From contig JBMTET010000005.1 in assembly GCA_049433365.1 (NCBI GenBank), forward strand, positions 1,108 through 65,107: 64,000 nt of DNA, read 5' to 3'. The translations under genes were made by a program, and so were the position numbers. The notes under the pieces are model-generated. The model worked only from the letters and a program-made list of their open reading frames with translations. It was not told the DNA's origin and did not search any database. Below, piece after piece: positions 9,006 through 18,449 of the stretch (positions within the stretch are counted from its first letter, which is position 1; each line of letters starts with the position of its first letter). This stretch comes from Ilumatobacteraceae bacterium. GTDB lineage: Bacteria > Actinomycetota > Acidimicrobiia > Acidimicrobiales > Ilumatobacteraceae.

Positions 9006-10483
9006 TGCGTGTCGTCGTCATCGGTGCGGGACTCGGCGGACTCTCCGCGGCCGCACATCTTTCCCGTCAGGGGCACGATGTCACCATTGTCGAACGCGAC
9101 GCCCATCCGGGTGGGCGAGCGGGAATCATCGAAGCACAGGGGTTCCGACTCGACAACGGACCCACCGTACTGACGATGCCGAACCTGCTCGAAGAGGCGT
9201 TCAACGCGGCCGGTGCCGACATGGCGTCGTACGTGACGATCAAGAAGGTCGATCCGATGTACCGCGCGGTGTACGCCGACGGCAGCGAGCTGATGGTGCG
9301 CCACGGTCGCGAAGAGATGGCGGCGGAAATCACCCGCTTCGCCGACGCGCGCGAGGGCGAGAGTTTCATCCGCTTTTGTGCCTGGTTGGAGAAGTTGTAC
9401 GCAGCCGAGATGTCGTCGTTCATCGACGTCAACTTCAACTCGCCACTCGACCTCATCAAACCGTGGAAGGCGGCACTGTCGCTCGTGAAAATGGGCGCGT
9501 TTCGCAAACTCGACCACAAGATCGCGAGCTTCTTCCGCGACGAACGCCTGCAGCGCATCTTCAGTTTCCAGGCGATGTACGCCGGTCTCGCGCCGTACGA
9601 GGCGCTGTCGCTGTACGCGGTGATCACCTACATGGACTCGGTGGAAGGCGTGTACTTCCCCGAGGGCGGAATGCACGCGATGGCGACTGGTCTCGCGAAC
9701 GCCGTCACCAAAGCGGGTGTGCAGATTCGCTACAACGCACCGGTCACACGAATTTTGCGCAGCACCGGCTCGAGCGGTGCGGTGACCGGTGTCGAGTTGG
9801 GCGGCAGCGTGCGCGTGCCCGCCGATGCGGTGGTGTGCAACGTCGACCTGCCCGTTGCGTACCGCACGTTGCTCGGAGGTGTCGAAGCACCACGCGCGGC
9901 GCGCAAGGGCAAGTACAGCCCGAGTTGCGTGCTGTGGGTGGCAGGTGTGCGGGGCACGCCTCCGCCGCAGGCAGCGCACCACAACATTCACTTCGGTGCC
10001 GATTGGAACGGTGCGTTCAAGGCGCTCATCGACGACGGCGTGCGCATGCCCGACCCGTCGATTCTCGTCACGCTGCATTCACTCGACACGGTCGGTCTCG
10101 CACCCGAGGGTCACTCGTCGTTGTACGTGCTCGAACCCACGCCGAACCTCGACGGGCGCATCGACTGGTCGCGCGAACGCGACCGGATCACGGGCGACAT
10201 TCGGCAACGCGTTGCGTCGCTCGGTTATCCGACCGACGTCGTGTTGGAGCGCGTGTACGACCCGGTCGATTGGGAAGCACTCGGCATGGAGCGGGGCACA
10301 CCGTTCGCCCTTGCGCACACCTTCCGCCAGACGGGTCCGTTCCGACCGAACAACGTCGACAAGCGGGTGCCCGGCCTCGTGTTCACCGGTTCGTCGACCG
10401 TACCCGGCGTCGGCGTACCGATGGTGCTCGTATCGGGCAAACTCGCCGCACAGCGTGTCGCCGAGATTGCGGACAAGCGTTGA
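9002..10483 (+). CDS. crtI: Phytoene desaturase
   Basis: FAD fold VVVIGAGLGGLSAAAHL...ERDAHPGGRAG; C-terminal GSSTVPGVGVPMV. Confidence 0.9.
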   Translation: MMRVVVIGAGLGGLSAAAHLSRQGHDVTIVERDAHPGGRAGIIEAQGFRLDNGPTVLTMPNLLEEAFNAAGADMASYVTIKKVDPMYRAVYADGSELMVRHGREEMAAEITRFADAREGESFIRFCAWLEKLYAAEMSSFIDVNFNSPLDLIKPWKAALSLVKMGAFRKLDHKIASFFRDERLQRIFSFQAMYAGLAPYEALSLYAVITYMDSVEGVYFPEGGMHAMATGLANAVTKAGVQIRYNAPVTRILRSTGSSGAVTGVELGGSVRVPADAVVCNVDLPVAYRTLLGGVEAPRAARKGKYSPSCVLWVAGVRGTPPPQAAHHNIHFGADWNGAFKALIDDGVRMPDPSILVTLHSLDTVGLAPEGHSSLYVLEPTPNLDGRIDWSRERDRITGDIRQRVASLGYPTDVVLERVYDPVDWEALGMERGTPFALAHTFRQTGPFRPNNVDKRVPGLVFTGSSTVPGVGVPMVLVSGKLAAQRVAEIADKR

Positions 10484-10519
10484 AGCGATTCCCGGCAAGC
10501 CAACGGCAGTAGCAGCGCG

Positions 10520-11419
10520 ATGACGAAGCAGGCCCCGACGCCCACAACGCACCTGTTGCCGAAGCATCCCTTGACGATGCAGGAGTCGTACGAGTTGTGC
10601 CGCGACTTCAACAAACGCCACGGAACGACGTATTACTGGGCAACGAAGGTGCTGCCTCCCGACAAGCGGCCGCACGTGCACGCCTTGTACGGGTTTTGCC
10701 GTTACGCCGACGACATCGTCGACGATCTCGGTCCGGTGCCGGTGGAGGATCGCACCGCGGCGCTCGCGTCGTTCGGCGAGAGATTCTTTCGCGACCTTGC
10801 CGCCGGACGATCGGATGACCCCGTGCTCATGGCGGTGGTCGACACGGTGCGCAAGTTTGCGATCGACCCCGACTGTTTCAGGCGCTTCCTGCGCAGCATG
10901 ACGATGGATCTCACGGTCGAAAAATACGAAACGTGGGACGACCTGCTCGTGTACATGGACGGTTCGGCGGCCGTCATCGGCGAAATGATGCTGCCGATCC
11001 TCGAACCAACGTCGGCGGCCGCGTTGCAACCCGCCCGCGACCTCGGCAACGCGTTTCAACTCACGAACTTCTTGCGCGACATCAACGAGGATCTCGATCG
11101 CGGACGCGTGTACGTACCGCAGGAGGACGTGCGTCGATTCGGGGTCGACTTGTCGAAGCGCACGGTGACCCCGGAATTCGTCGCGCTCATGCGGTTCGAA
11201 ATCGACCGCTGCCGCGAGTTGTACCGCTCGGCCGATGTCGGCATCGACATGTTGCCCGGACGATCGGCACGCTCGATTCGTGCCGCGCGGGTCTTGTACG
11301 GCCGGATCCTCGAGCGCATCGAAGCCCAGAACTACGACGTGTTCAGCCGGCGAGCTTCGGTTCCGACACGGAGCAAGGCGATCATGGTTGCGAAGTTGCT
11401 CCTGTCGCCGCGGCGGTGA
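10520..11419 (+). CDS. crtB: Phytoene synthase
   Basis: YGFCRYADDIVDD and FQLTNFLRDINEDLDRGRVYVP motifs of squalene/phytoene synthases. Confidence 0.9.
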   Translation: MTKQAPTPTTHLLPKHPLTMQESYELCRDFNKRHGTTYYWATKVLPPDKRPHVHALYGFCRYADDIVDDLGPVPVEDRTAALASFGERFFRDLAAGRSDDPVLMAVVDTVRKFAIDPDCFRRFLRSMTMDLTVEKYETWDDLLVYMDGSAAVIGEMMLPILEPTSAAALQPARDLGNAFQLTNFLRDINEDLDRGRVYVPQEDVRRFGVDLSKRTVTPEFVALMRFEIDRCRELYRSADVGIDMLPGRSARSIRAARVLYGRILERIEAQNYDVFSRRASVPTRSKAIMVAKLLLSPRR

Positions 11420-11421
11420 AC

Positions 11422-12180
11422 ATGACGCGGCGGCGCATCGCCACGTGGGCGTTTCTTCTCGCGGTGGTCGCAATGATCGCGACACCGTTGTTCGAACTCG
11501 CGGGCAACGAGCGACGAGTACTGGCCCACGTCGTGGTGGTTGCACTGTGTGCAGCGGTCGTTGCCGCTACGGCAACCGCGGTCGGAGTGGTGCGCGCAGT
11601 GCTCGGATCGGTCATCGTCGCGGTGACGACGTACCTCGTGGAGTTGCTTGGACACACGCGCGGCGTGCCGTTCGGCGAATACGACTACTCCGACCGACTG
11701 TGGCCCCAAGTGGCGGGAGTGCCGCTCATCGTGCCACTCGCCTGGGTGGCGATCACATGGTGCGGATGGGCCGTGGCGCGCAAGATTGCGACGCGGTTCG
11801 TCACCCGCGTCGTCGTTGCCGCATGGAGCATCACGGCGTGGGACTTGTTCCTCGATCCGCAAATGGTCGGCGAGGGTTACTGGACTTGGCAGGCGGCCGA
11901 ACCGGCATACCGCGACATTCCGCTCACGAATTTCGTCGGGTGGTTCGTCACCGGGCTCGTCGTTGCGGCAATCACGACGGTCATCGCCGGTCGCCAGGGG
12001 CGGGAGGTGTACGCGGGGGTCGCACGACTCGTGCTGGTGTACACGACGTTGTGGGTGTTGTCGACGATCGGATTTCTCTTCTTCTTTGATGACGCGCTCG
12101 TTGCACTCGTCGGTGGCGTGGGAATGGGGCTTCCTGCGTTGGCGTCGTGGCGTCCGCGGCCCGAGGAGCCGGCATTGTGA
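11422..12180 (+). CDS. Carotenoid biosynthesis membrane protein (DUF422 / CruF-like carotenoid 1,2-hydratase family)
   Basis: Polytopic protein with LLGHTRGVPFGEYDY and AWDLFLDPQMV. ATG 11422 lies just after the crtB stop; the longer ORF-track reading (from 10933) overlaps crtB and is rejected. Confidence 0.7.
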   Translation: MTRRRIATWAFLLAVVAMIATPLFELAGNERRVLAHVVVVALCAAVVAATATAVGVVRAVLGSVIVAVTTYLVELLGHTRGVPFGEYDYSDRLWPQVAGVPLIVPLAWVAITWCGWAVARKIATRFVTRVVVAAWSITAWDLFLDPQMVGEGYWTWQAAEPAYRDIPLTNFVGWFVTGLVVAAITTVIAGRQGREVYAGVARLVLVYTTLWVLSTIGFLFFFDDALVALVGGVGMGLPALASWRPRPEEPAL

Positions 12181-13631
12181 CGGACGTCGTCGTCATCGGG
12201 TCGGGATTCGGCGGGTTGATGGCGGCAATCCGCTTGCGTGCCGCAGGTCGAGACGTGGTCGTGCTGGAACGCAACGAGGTGTTCGGTGGCAAGGTGGCGA
12301 CGTACGAACGTGACGGTTTCACGTTCGATCTCGGCCCGTCATTGCTCACCTTGCCGCAGTACGTCGATGACACGTTTCGGCTCGCGGGCACGTCGCTGAG
12401 CGACGAAGTGAATCTCGTTCGCTTGGCGCAACCGTTCCGGTATTTCTGGCCGGATCACTCGGCTGTCGCGTTCCACGACGATCCACTTGCAACTGCGGAG
12501 GCAATCGAAGCATTCAGCCCGGGAGCAGGGGCGCAGTACCTGCAGTTCGTGAAGAAGGCGCGGCGCATCTGGGAAGTGAGCGAGCGCACTTTCCTTGCCG
12601 GCGAGATGCGCGGACGACTGGGCTTGCTGCGTCGGATGCGCTCACCACGTGATTTCATCGATATCGACGCGTTGCGCACTCTTGCCGATGCAGCGGCAAA
12701 GACGTTCGACGACACGCGCATGCGCCAATGGGCAGGCCGGTATGCGACGTACAGCGGCTCGTCGCCGTACGAAGCCCCCGCGACGCTGGCGTGCATCGCC
12801 GCCGTCGAAGCGGATCACGGATCGTGGTACGTCGGCGGTGGCATCGGCGCGTTACGTGACGCGGTCGTCGCCGTGGCCCGACGCATCGGTGTGCACATGC
12901 GCACCGGGGTGGAGGTTGCATCGATCACGACCAGGCGCCGCCGGGCCGTCGGTGTGGTCACCGCTGCGGGCGAGCGCATCGACGCACGTATCGTCGTTGC
13001 CAACGTCGACGCCGAACATCTCTACCGTGATCTGTTGCCGCAACCCAAGGAAGTCGAACGAGTCCGCAAGGCCGGGCGCTCGACGAGCGGCATCGTCGTG
13101 CTCGTCGGCATCGAGGGAAACACACCGCTGGTGGCGCACCACAACGTGTGGTTTTCACGCAACTATGCGCACGAGTTTGCAGAGCTCGCCGCGGGTCGTA
13201 TACCCGACGATCCCACGGTGTACGCATGCGTGTCGTCGGTGACCGATCCGTCTCAGGCGCCGTCAGGCTGCGAGAACTGGTTTCTGCTCGTCAATGCACC
13301 CGCGGACGTGAACGTCGATACCGACACCTACGGACCGCGTCTGCTCGATCATCTCGCATCGGTCGGCCCGGATCTTCGTGCGCGGGCAAGGTTCGTCGAA
13401 ACGATCGGTCCGCGTGACATCGCGGCGCGCTACCGGGCACCGGGTGGTGCGATTTACGGAACGTCATCGAACGGTCGCAGTGCAGCGTTTCGTCGGCCGA
13501 CGAACACCGGTGTGGTGCGCGGTGTGTACCTCGTCGGTGGATCGAGTCATCCCGGTGGGGGATTGCCGATGGTGACTGCAAGTGCGCGCATCGCGTCGGA
13601 GCTCATCTTGCGTCGCCGCCGCGACCGATAG
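12177..13631 (+). CDS. CrtI-family carotenoid desaturase (CrtD-like 3,4-desaturase candidate)
   Basis: VVVIGSGFGGLMAAIRL...ERNEVFGGK and C-terminal GGSSHPGGGLPMV. GTG 12177 overlaps the upstream stop (GTGA). Confidence 0.8.
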   Translation: MTDVVVIGSGFGGLMAAIRLRAAGRDVVVLERNEVFGGKVATYERDGFTFDLGPSLLTLPQYVDDTFRLAGTSLSDEVNLVRLAQPFRYFWPDHSAVAFHDDPLATAEAIEAFSPGAGAQYLQFVKKARRIWEVSERTFLAGEMRGRLGLLRRMRSPRDFIDIDALRTLADAAAKTFDDTRMRQWAGRYATYSGSSPYEAPATLACIAAVEADHGSWYVGGGIGALRDAVVAVARRIGVHMRTGVEVASITTRRRRAVGVVTAAGERIDARIVVANVDAEHLYRDLLPQPKEVERVRKAGRSTSGIVVLVGIEGNTPLVAHHNVWFSRNYAHEFAELAAGRIPDDPTVYACVSSVTDPSQAPSGCENWFLLVNAPADVNVDTDTYGPRLLDHLASVGPDLRARARFVETIGPRDIAARYRAPGGAIYGTSSNGRSAAFRRPTNTGVVRGVYLVGGSSHPGGGLPMVTASARIASELILRRRRDR

Positions 13632-13641
13632 CCTGACGTGC

Positions 13642-13923
13642 ATGTCGGTGACCGTTCGCATTCCCACCACGCTTCGTCCGCTCTCCGGTGGAACCTCCAC
13701 CGTCACCGTGTCGGGGAACACGTTGCGTGAGGTACTCGCCGGTCTCGACGCGGCCCATCCGGGATTCTCCGCACGCTTGCTCGACGAGCAGGGAAACCTG
13801 CACAAGTTCGTCAACGTCTTCGTTGCCGATGACGACGTGCGCTACCTGAAGGGTCTCGACACCGAGGTGCTCGCCGGTCAGACGGTTTCGATCATCCCGG
13901 CCGTCGCCGGCGGATACCGCTGA
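13642..13923 (+). CDS. MoaD/ThiS-family ubiquitin-like sulfur-carrier protein with a two-residue extension after Gly-Gly
   Basis: 93 aa with a beta-grasp-like sequence ending ...IIPAVAGGYR. Start ATG 13642. Confidence 0.65.
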   Translation: MSVTVRIPTTLRPLSGGTSTVTVSGNTLREVLAGLDAAHPGFSARLLDEQGNLHKFVNVFVADDDVRYLKGLDTEVLAGQTVSIIPAVAGGYR

Positions 13924-13939
13924 CCGGGATACGACCCGC

Positions 13940-14695
13940 TTGAGATTCATCGTCGCGGTTCCGGCGCGACTCGAAAGTTCGCGTTTGGCGAACAAAGTGC
14001 TCGCCGACATCGGCGGTGAACCGATGCTGAAGCGCGTTCTCGACGGTGCCGCACGCGCACGACGCGTCGATCGCGTCGTGTTATGCACGGACTCCGACGA
14101 ACTGATGGCAACGACACGAGCGTGGGGCTACGACGCACTGATGACCTCGCCGAGGTGCACGTCGGGCAGCGAGCGAATCGCATCGGTGTGCGACGACCTC
14201 GACGCCGACGTCATCATCAACGTGCAGGGTGATCAACCGTTCGTCGACGCAACGATCATCGATGCGATGGCCGACGTGTTCGTTTCGCGAACGCCAACCC
14301 CTGAAGTGGTGACGCCGGTGTACCGAATGGCCGCGGAAAAACTTCACGACCCGAACGCGGTGAAGACCGTGCTGCGGGCCAACGGTGACGCGGTGTATTT
14401 CAGCCGCTCGGCGGTGCCGCACCGGCGCGGTGTCGATCCGTCGCAGTGGGCGCAAGGTGCCACGTACTGGGGTCATGTCGGGATGTACGGGTACCGGCGC
14501 GACGTGCTCGCCCGCTGGTCGAGCCTCGCACCTTCCGTACTCGAGGACATGGAAAAACTCGAGCAACTCCGCCTCATCGACAACGGCATTACGATTTCCA
14601 CCTACGAGATCGTTCCCACCGTGCGCAACACATTGTCCGTCGACGTTGCCGACGACCTCGCGTTGGCCCGCACTTTGGCGGCTACCGCATCATGA
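13940..14695 (+). CDS. kdsB: 3-deoxy-manno-octulosonate cytidylyltransferase (CMP-Kdo synthetase), paralog 2
   Basis: VAVPARLESSRLANKVLADIGGEPML and INVQGDQPF. Stop overlaps the kdsD start (ATGA). Confidence 0.85.
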   Translation: MRFIVAVPARLESSRLANKVLADIGGEPMLKRVLDGAARARRVDRVVLCTDSDELMATTRAWGYDALMTSPRCTSGSERIASVCDDLDADVIINVQGDQPFVDATIIDAMADVFVSRTPTPEVVTPVYRMAAEKLHDPNAVKTVLRANGDAVYFSRSAVPHRRGVDPSQWAQGATYWGHVGMYGYRRDVLARWSSLAPSVLEDMEKLEQLRLIDNGITISTYEIVPTVRNTLSVDVADDLALARTLAATAS

Positions 14696-15684
14696 CGACT
14701 GAACCCACTCCCGGTCTCGCCTCCGTTCTGCGGGCCGAAGCGAATGCGATTGCCGCCGCCGCCGACAGGCTCGATACGCAGGTCGTCGGCAAAGCAGTGT
14801 CGCTCCTTGCCGACTGCGACAGCAAAGTGGTCTTCACCGGCGTGGGCAAGTCGGGCATCGTCGCCCAAAAGTGCGCCGCCACGTTCACGTCGGTCGGTCT
14901 GGTCGGCGTGTTTCTCAACCCGCTCGACGCCCTGCACGGCGATCTCGGCATCGTTCGCGACGGCGACGTCGTCGTATTCGTGTCGAACAGCGGCGAATCG
15001 GGTGAGCTGCTCGCGCTCGTTCCGTACGTGAAGAAGCGCACGGTCAGCGTGATCGGCATTCTCGGTCGCACCACTTCGACGTTGGCCCGCGAATGCGACG
15101 TGGTACTCGATGCGTCGGTCGAACGTGAGGCGTGCCCGATCGATCTCGTGCCGACGTCGAGCACCGCAGTTGCCATGGCGATCGGCGACGCACTCGCCGT
15201 GTTGTGGATGGACCGACGCAAGGTGTCGGCCGAGGACTTTGCACTCAATCACCCCGGTGGTGCGCTCGGGCGACGTTTGTCGTTGCTCGTACGCGACCTC
15301 ATGGTGCCGGTGTCGACGGTGGCACCGCTTGCACCGAACGCGACACTCGTCGACGTCATCGACACGCTCACCCGTCATGCGATCGGCGCGGTGTGGGTGC
15401 ATGCCGACGGTGACCCGCGACGCCTCAGTGGCATCATCACCGACGGTGATCTGCGCCGTGCCCTCACCAACAACCCGGCCGATGCATGGAGTTCGCTGTC
15501 GGCCACCGACCTCATGACGCATGCACCGATCACGATTTCCGAAGTGACTCCGGCTTTTGATGCGCTGGCGCTCATGGAGCGCAACGCCCGCAAGTCCATC
15601 TCCGTGCTGCCCGTCATCGGCGACAATGGAGAGGTGACGGGAATGCTGCGACTGCACGATCTCGTGAAGGCGGGCCTCGCATGA
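14692..15684 (+). CDS. kdsD: Arabinose-5-phosphate isomerase (SIS domain plus tandem CBS)
   Basis: SIS motif [15 protein letters not shown] and VFVSNSGES, plus two CBS repeats. ATG 14692 overlaps the kdsB stop. Confidence 0.9.
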   Translation: MTTEPTPGLASVLRAEANAIAAAADRLDTQVVGKAVSLLADCDSKVVFTGVGKSGIVAQKCAATFTSVGLVGVFLNPLDALHGDLGIVRDGDVVVFVSNSGESGELLALVPYVKKRTVSVIGILGRTTSTLARECDVVLDASVEREACPIDLVPTSSTAVAMAIGDALAVLWMDRRKVSAEDFALNHPGGALGRRLSLLVRDLMVPVSTVAPLAPNATLVDVIDTLTRHAIGAVWVHADGDPRRLSGIITDGDLRRALTNNPADAWSSLSATDLMTHAPITISEVTPAFDALALMERNARKSISVLPVIGDNGEVTGMLRLHDLVKAGLA

Positions 15685-16532
15685 GCACTCCCACTGCGGC
15701 GATCACGCCAACGATGCTGTGCGGTGAGGGTCAACCGCTGCTGCTCATCGCCGGACCGTGCGTGGTCGAGAGTTCCGAACTCGCCCATCACGTGGCGGGC
15801 ACGATGCTCGACACGTGCCGCAACCTCGGCATCAATTACGTGTTCAAGGCGAGCTACGACAAGGCGAATCGCACGAGCGGCAAAGCGTTCCGCGGTCCCG
15901 GCCGCGATGAAGGCCTCGCCGTGCTCGCCGACGTGGGTACGAAACTCGGCATTCCGACACTCACCGACATCCACGAGTCGGTCGACGCCGGTGAGGCGGC
16001 GAAAGCCGTCGACATTCTCCAGATCCCGGCGTTCCTGTGTCGTCAGACCGACCTGCTTCTTGCTGCCGCGGCAACGGGTCGCGTCGTCAACGTGAAGAAG
16101 GGTCAGTTTCTCGCGCCGTGGGACATGCGCAACGTCGTCGACAAACTCCGCGGGGGCGGTGCGCAGAACGTTCTCGTCACCGAGCGCGGGGCGTCGTTCG
16201 GGTACAACACGCTCGTCGTCGACTACCGATCGTTGCCGCAGCTGCGCGACACGGGTGCACCGGTGATCTTCGACGTCACGCACAGCGTGCAACAACCCGG
16301 CGGACAGGGCACGTCGTCGGGCGGCCAGCGCGAGTACGCAGGGGCGCTTGCCCGCGCCGCAGTGGCCGTGGGCGTCGACGGCTTGTTCATGGAAGTACAC
16401 CCCGACCCGGACAAGGGGTTGAGCGACGGGCCGAACATGATTCCGTTGCACCGCATCCCGGCGTTTCTCGAACAGTTGCTGGCGATCCGCGAGGCGGTGC
16501 AGCGCCGCGGCCCGCAACCAACGACGTACTGA
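15681..16532 (+). CDS. kdsA: 2-dehydro-3-deoxyphosphooctonate aldolase (Kdo-8-P synthase)
   Basis: [45 protein letters not shown]. Start overlaps the kdsD stop (ATGA). Confidence 0.9.
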   Translation: MSTPTAAITPTMLCGEGQPLLLIAGPCVVESSELAHHVAGTMLDTCRNLGINYVFKASYDKANRTSGKAFRGPGRDEGLAVLADVGTKLGIPTLTDIHESVDAGEAAKAVDILQIPAFLCRQTDLLLAAAATGRVVNVKKGQFLAPWDMRNVVDKLRGGGAQNVLVTERGASFGYNTLVVDYRSLPQLRDTGAPVIFDVTHSVQQPGGQGTSSGGQREYAGALARAAVAVGVDGLFMEVHPDPDKGLSDGPNMIPLHRIPAFLEQLLAIREAVQRRGPQPTTY

Positions 16533-16542
16533 GGCGCGATCC

Positions 16543-17217
16543 GTGATCCGCATTTTCATCGGGTACGACGAGAACGAAACCGTCGCGTACCACGTGCTTG
16601 CGCACTCGATCATCTCGAATGCCACCGAGCCGGTGACGATCTCACCGTTGCGCAAGGAAGCGTTCCGCTCGTTCTACGAACGCGAACGCTCCGAGCTCGA
16701 GTCGACGGATTTTTCCTTCACGCGATTCCTCGTTCCGTACCTGTGCAGTTACGAAGGGTGGGCGGTGTTCATGGACTGCGACATGGTGAACACGGCCGAC
16801 ATCGCCGAACTGTGGGCGATGCGCGACGATTCGTTCGCCGTGATGTGCGTGAAGCACGACTACCAGCCGACCGACGAGGTGAAGTTCCTCGGCAACGTGC
16901 AGACTCGTTACGAAAAAAAGAATTGGTCGAGCGTGATGCTGTTCAACAACGAACGCTGTCGCACGCTCACACCCGACGTCGTGGCGAATGAATCGGGGTT
17001 GTACCTGCACCAGTTCAAGTGGTTGGACGGCGATCATCTCATCGGCGGGCTGCCGGTGACGTGGAACTATCTCGTCGGCGAGATGACGATGCCGGGAGTC
17101 CCCAAGCTCATCCACTACACACTCGGCGGGCCGTATTTCGAGGGTTACCGCGACTGCGAACATGCCGACGTGTGGCGCAGTGCCCATGAGCAGATGCTCT
17201 CCGCAGCCAAGGGCTGA
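16543..17217 (+). CDS. Small GT8-like glycosyltransferase (DxD type)
   Basis: 224 aa with IFIGYDENETVAYHVLAHSI and WAVFMDCDM (DxD). Lies 10 nt after kdsA. Confidence 0.6.
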   Translation: MIRIFIGYDENETVAYHVLAHSIISNATEPVTISPLRKEAFRSFYERERSELESTDFSFTRFLVPYLCSYEGWAVFMDCDMVNTADIAELWAMRDDSFAVMCVKHDYQPTDEVKFLGNVQTRYEKKNWSSVMLFNNERCRTLTPDVVANESGLYLHQFKWLDGDHLIGGLPVTWNYLVGEMTMPGVPKLIHYTLGGPYFEGYRDCEHADVWRSAHEQMLSAAKG

Positions 17218-17222
17218 CGAGC

Positions 17223-18449
17223 GTGGTGCGTCGCGACGAGCGCTCGTGGGTGTTCGTCGTTCGGGGTGCGCCCGACATCGACAACATCATCCCCGTTGCC
17301 TGGGCGGCGGCGCAGCAAGGTCGGCATGTCGTAGTCATCGTCGCAAGTCGTTACGCGTCGGATCGTGATCGGCGGTTCGGCTTGCTGGCCGGGTGTGCTC
17401 ACGTTGCCGTCATGCAGCTTCCCGAGGCGGACGTGGCTACGGGATGGGGACGTTTGCAACGTGTGCGCTGGTGCCGACTAAGGGTACGACGACTGTTGCG
17501 ACGGATCAATGCGGGGCTGGTGTGCGTGGAATGGGGCGACGGAATCACCGGTGAGTCGACGTCGCTTCTTGCGGGGCTGAAGAAGCGAGTCCTGTCCGAT
17601 TTCGTATTGCAGGTGCAATATGCCGCGCGCGACCTCGGTATTTTGACCGTCGCCCTGCCGCACGGCCACAGCGTGAAAACGAACCTCGTGCGCAGCCCGC
17701 ACGTTCAGGCCGCTCTCGATGCACACGGCGGAAAGTTGCCCTTCTCCAATCGGGATTCTTTCGCCGCCTACGTGTTCTGCTCGGAGTACCACCGTGACGT
17801 CATCGTCTCCAACTCGACGATGAGCGGACGCAACGCAGTGGTGTGGGGCAGCGCACGGTTCAGCGAAGCATGGATTGCCCAACTCACCGCACTCACCGCC
17901 GGAACGGTGACGATCGCCCGGCGGGCGAACACGCGGCGGGTGCTGTTCTTCGTGCCGAAGTGGCACAACCTCGTCGATCGGGCGGGTACGATCGAGTTGC
18001 TCACCGCGCTGTCGCGCGACCCTCGTCTGCACGTATTGGTGAAGGCGCACCCGCGCGCCGATCACACGTCGCTCACTGTCGACGAGCGGTCGGCGCTCAC
18101 CGGCGGCGGATCACTCGAGTTCATCGAGGGGCCGGCCGAATCGGCTGCCCTTCTCGGTGAATGCGACGTGCTCGTCGACGTGGACTCGAGCATCGCACTC
18201 GACGCGGTGGTGCGCGGAATTCCCTACGTGCGGCCGAGATGGTTGCAGGACGCATCGGTGACGACGATCTGGGACCGCAGCTCCGTCGCGCACCAACCGG
18301 CGTCGCTGCGCGAGACGATCGAGCTGCTCACGAGTGACGGGTTGACGGGCGGGGTCCCCGACAATGCGTTCATCGACGAAGTGATCGGTGGTCGCGGAGC
18401 TGCACCGCTTGAGCGCTACGTCGCCGAACTCGCGCGCATCGCCCGCTAG
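17223..18449 (+). CDS. Putative GT-B transferase with K-x-HP motif (KpsS/KpsC/sialyltransferase-like layout)
   Basis: 408 aa. RRVLFFVPKW ... HVLVKAHPRADH ... CDVLVDVDSSIALDAVVRGIPYV. Function is inferred from motif order and the Kdo operon context. Confidence 0.5.
   Translation: MVRRDERSWVFVVRGAPDIDNIIPVAWAAAQQGRHVVVIVASRYASDRDRRFGLLAGCAHVAVMQLPEADVATGWGRLQRVRWCRLRVRRLLRRINAGLVCVEWGDGITGESTSLLAGLKKRVLSDFVLQVQYAARDLGILTVALPHGHSVKTNLVRSPHVQAALDAHGGKLPFSNRDSFAAYVFCSEYHRDVIVSNSTMSGRNAVVWGSARFSEAWIAQLTALTAGTVTIARRANTRRVLFFVPKWHNLVDRAGTIELLTALSRDPRLHVLVKAHPRADHTSLTVDERSALTGGGSLEFIEGPAESAALLGECDVLVDVDSSIALDAVVRGIPYVRPRWLQDASVTTIWDRSSVAHQPASLRETIELLTSDGLTGGVPDNAFIDEVIGGRGAAPLERYVAELARIAR

Noticed and set aside
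8624-10078. 484-aa minus-strand ORF antisense to crtE/crtI
   Set aside because: The translation is Arg/His/Val-rich low-information sequence, typical of shadow frames in high-GC DNA. The opposite strand encodes clearly recognisable CrtE and CrtI.
10079-11545. 488-aa minus-strand ORF antisense to crtI/crtB, and the similar 15375-16655 ORF antisense to kdsA
   Set aside because: Same reasoning: these are shadow frames opposite strongly supported genes.
13940-16532. Interpreting Kdo genes as evidence for LPS or an outer membrane
   Set aside because: No lipid A (lpx), waaA, lpt or bam genes are in the window, and the backbone markers are actinobacterial. It cannot be excluded without the whole genome.
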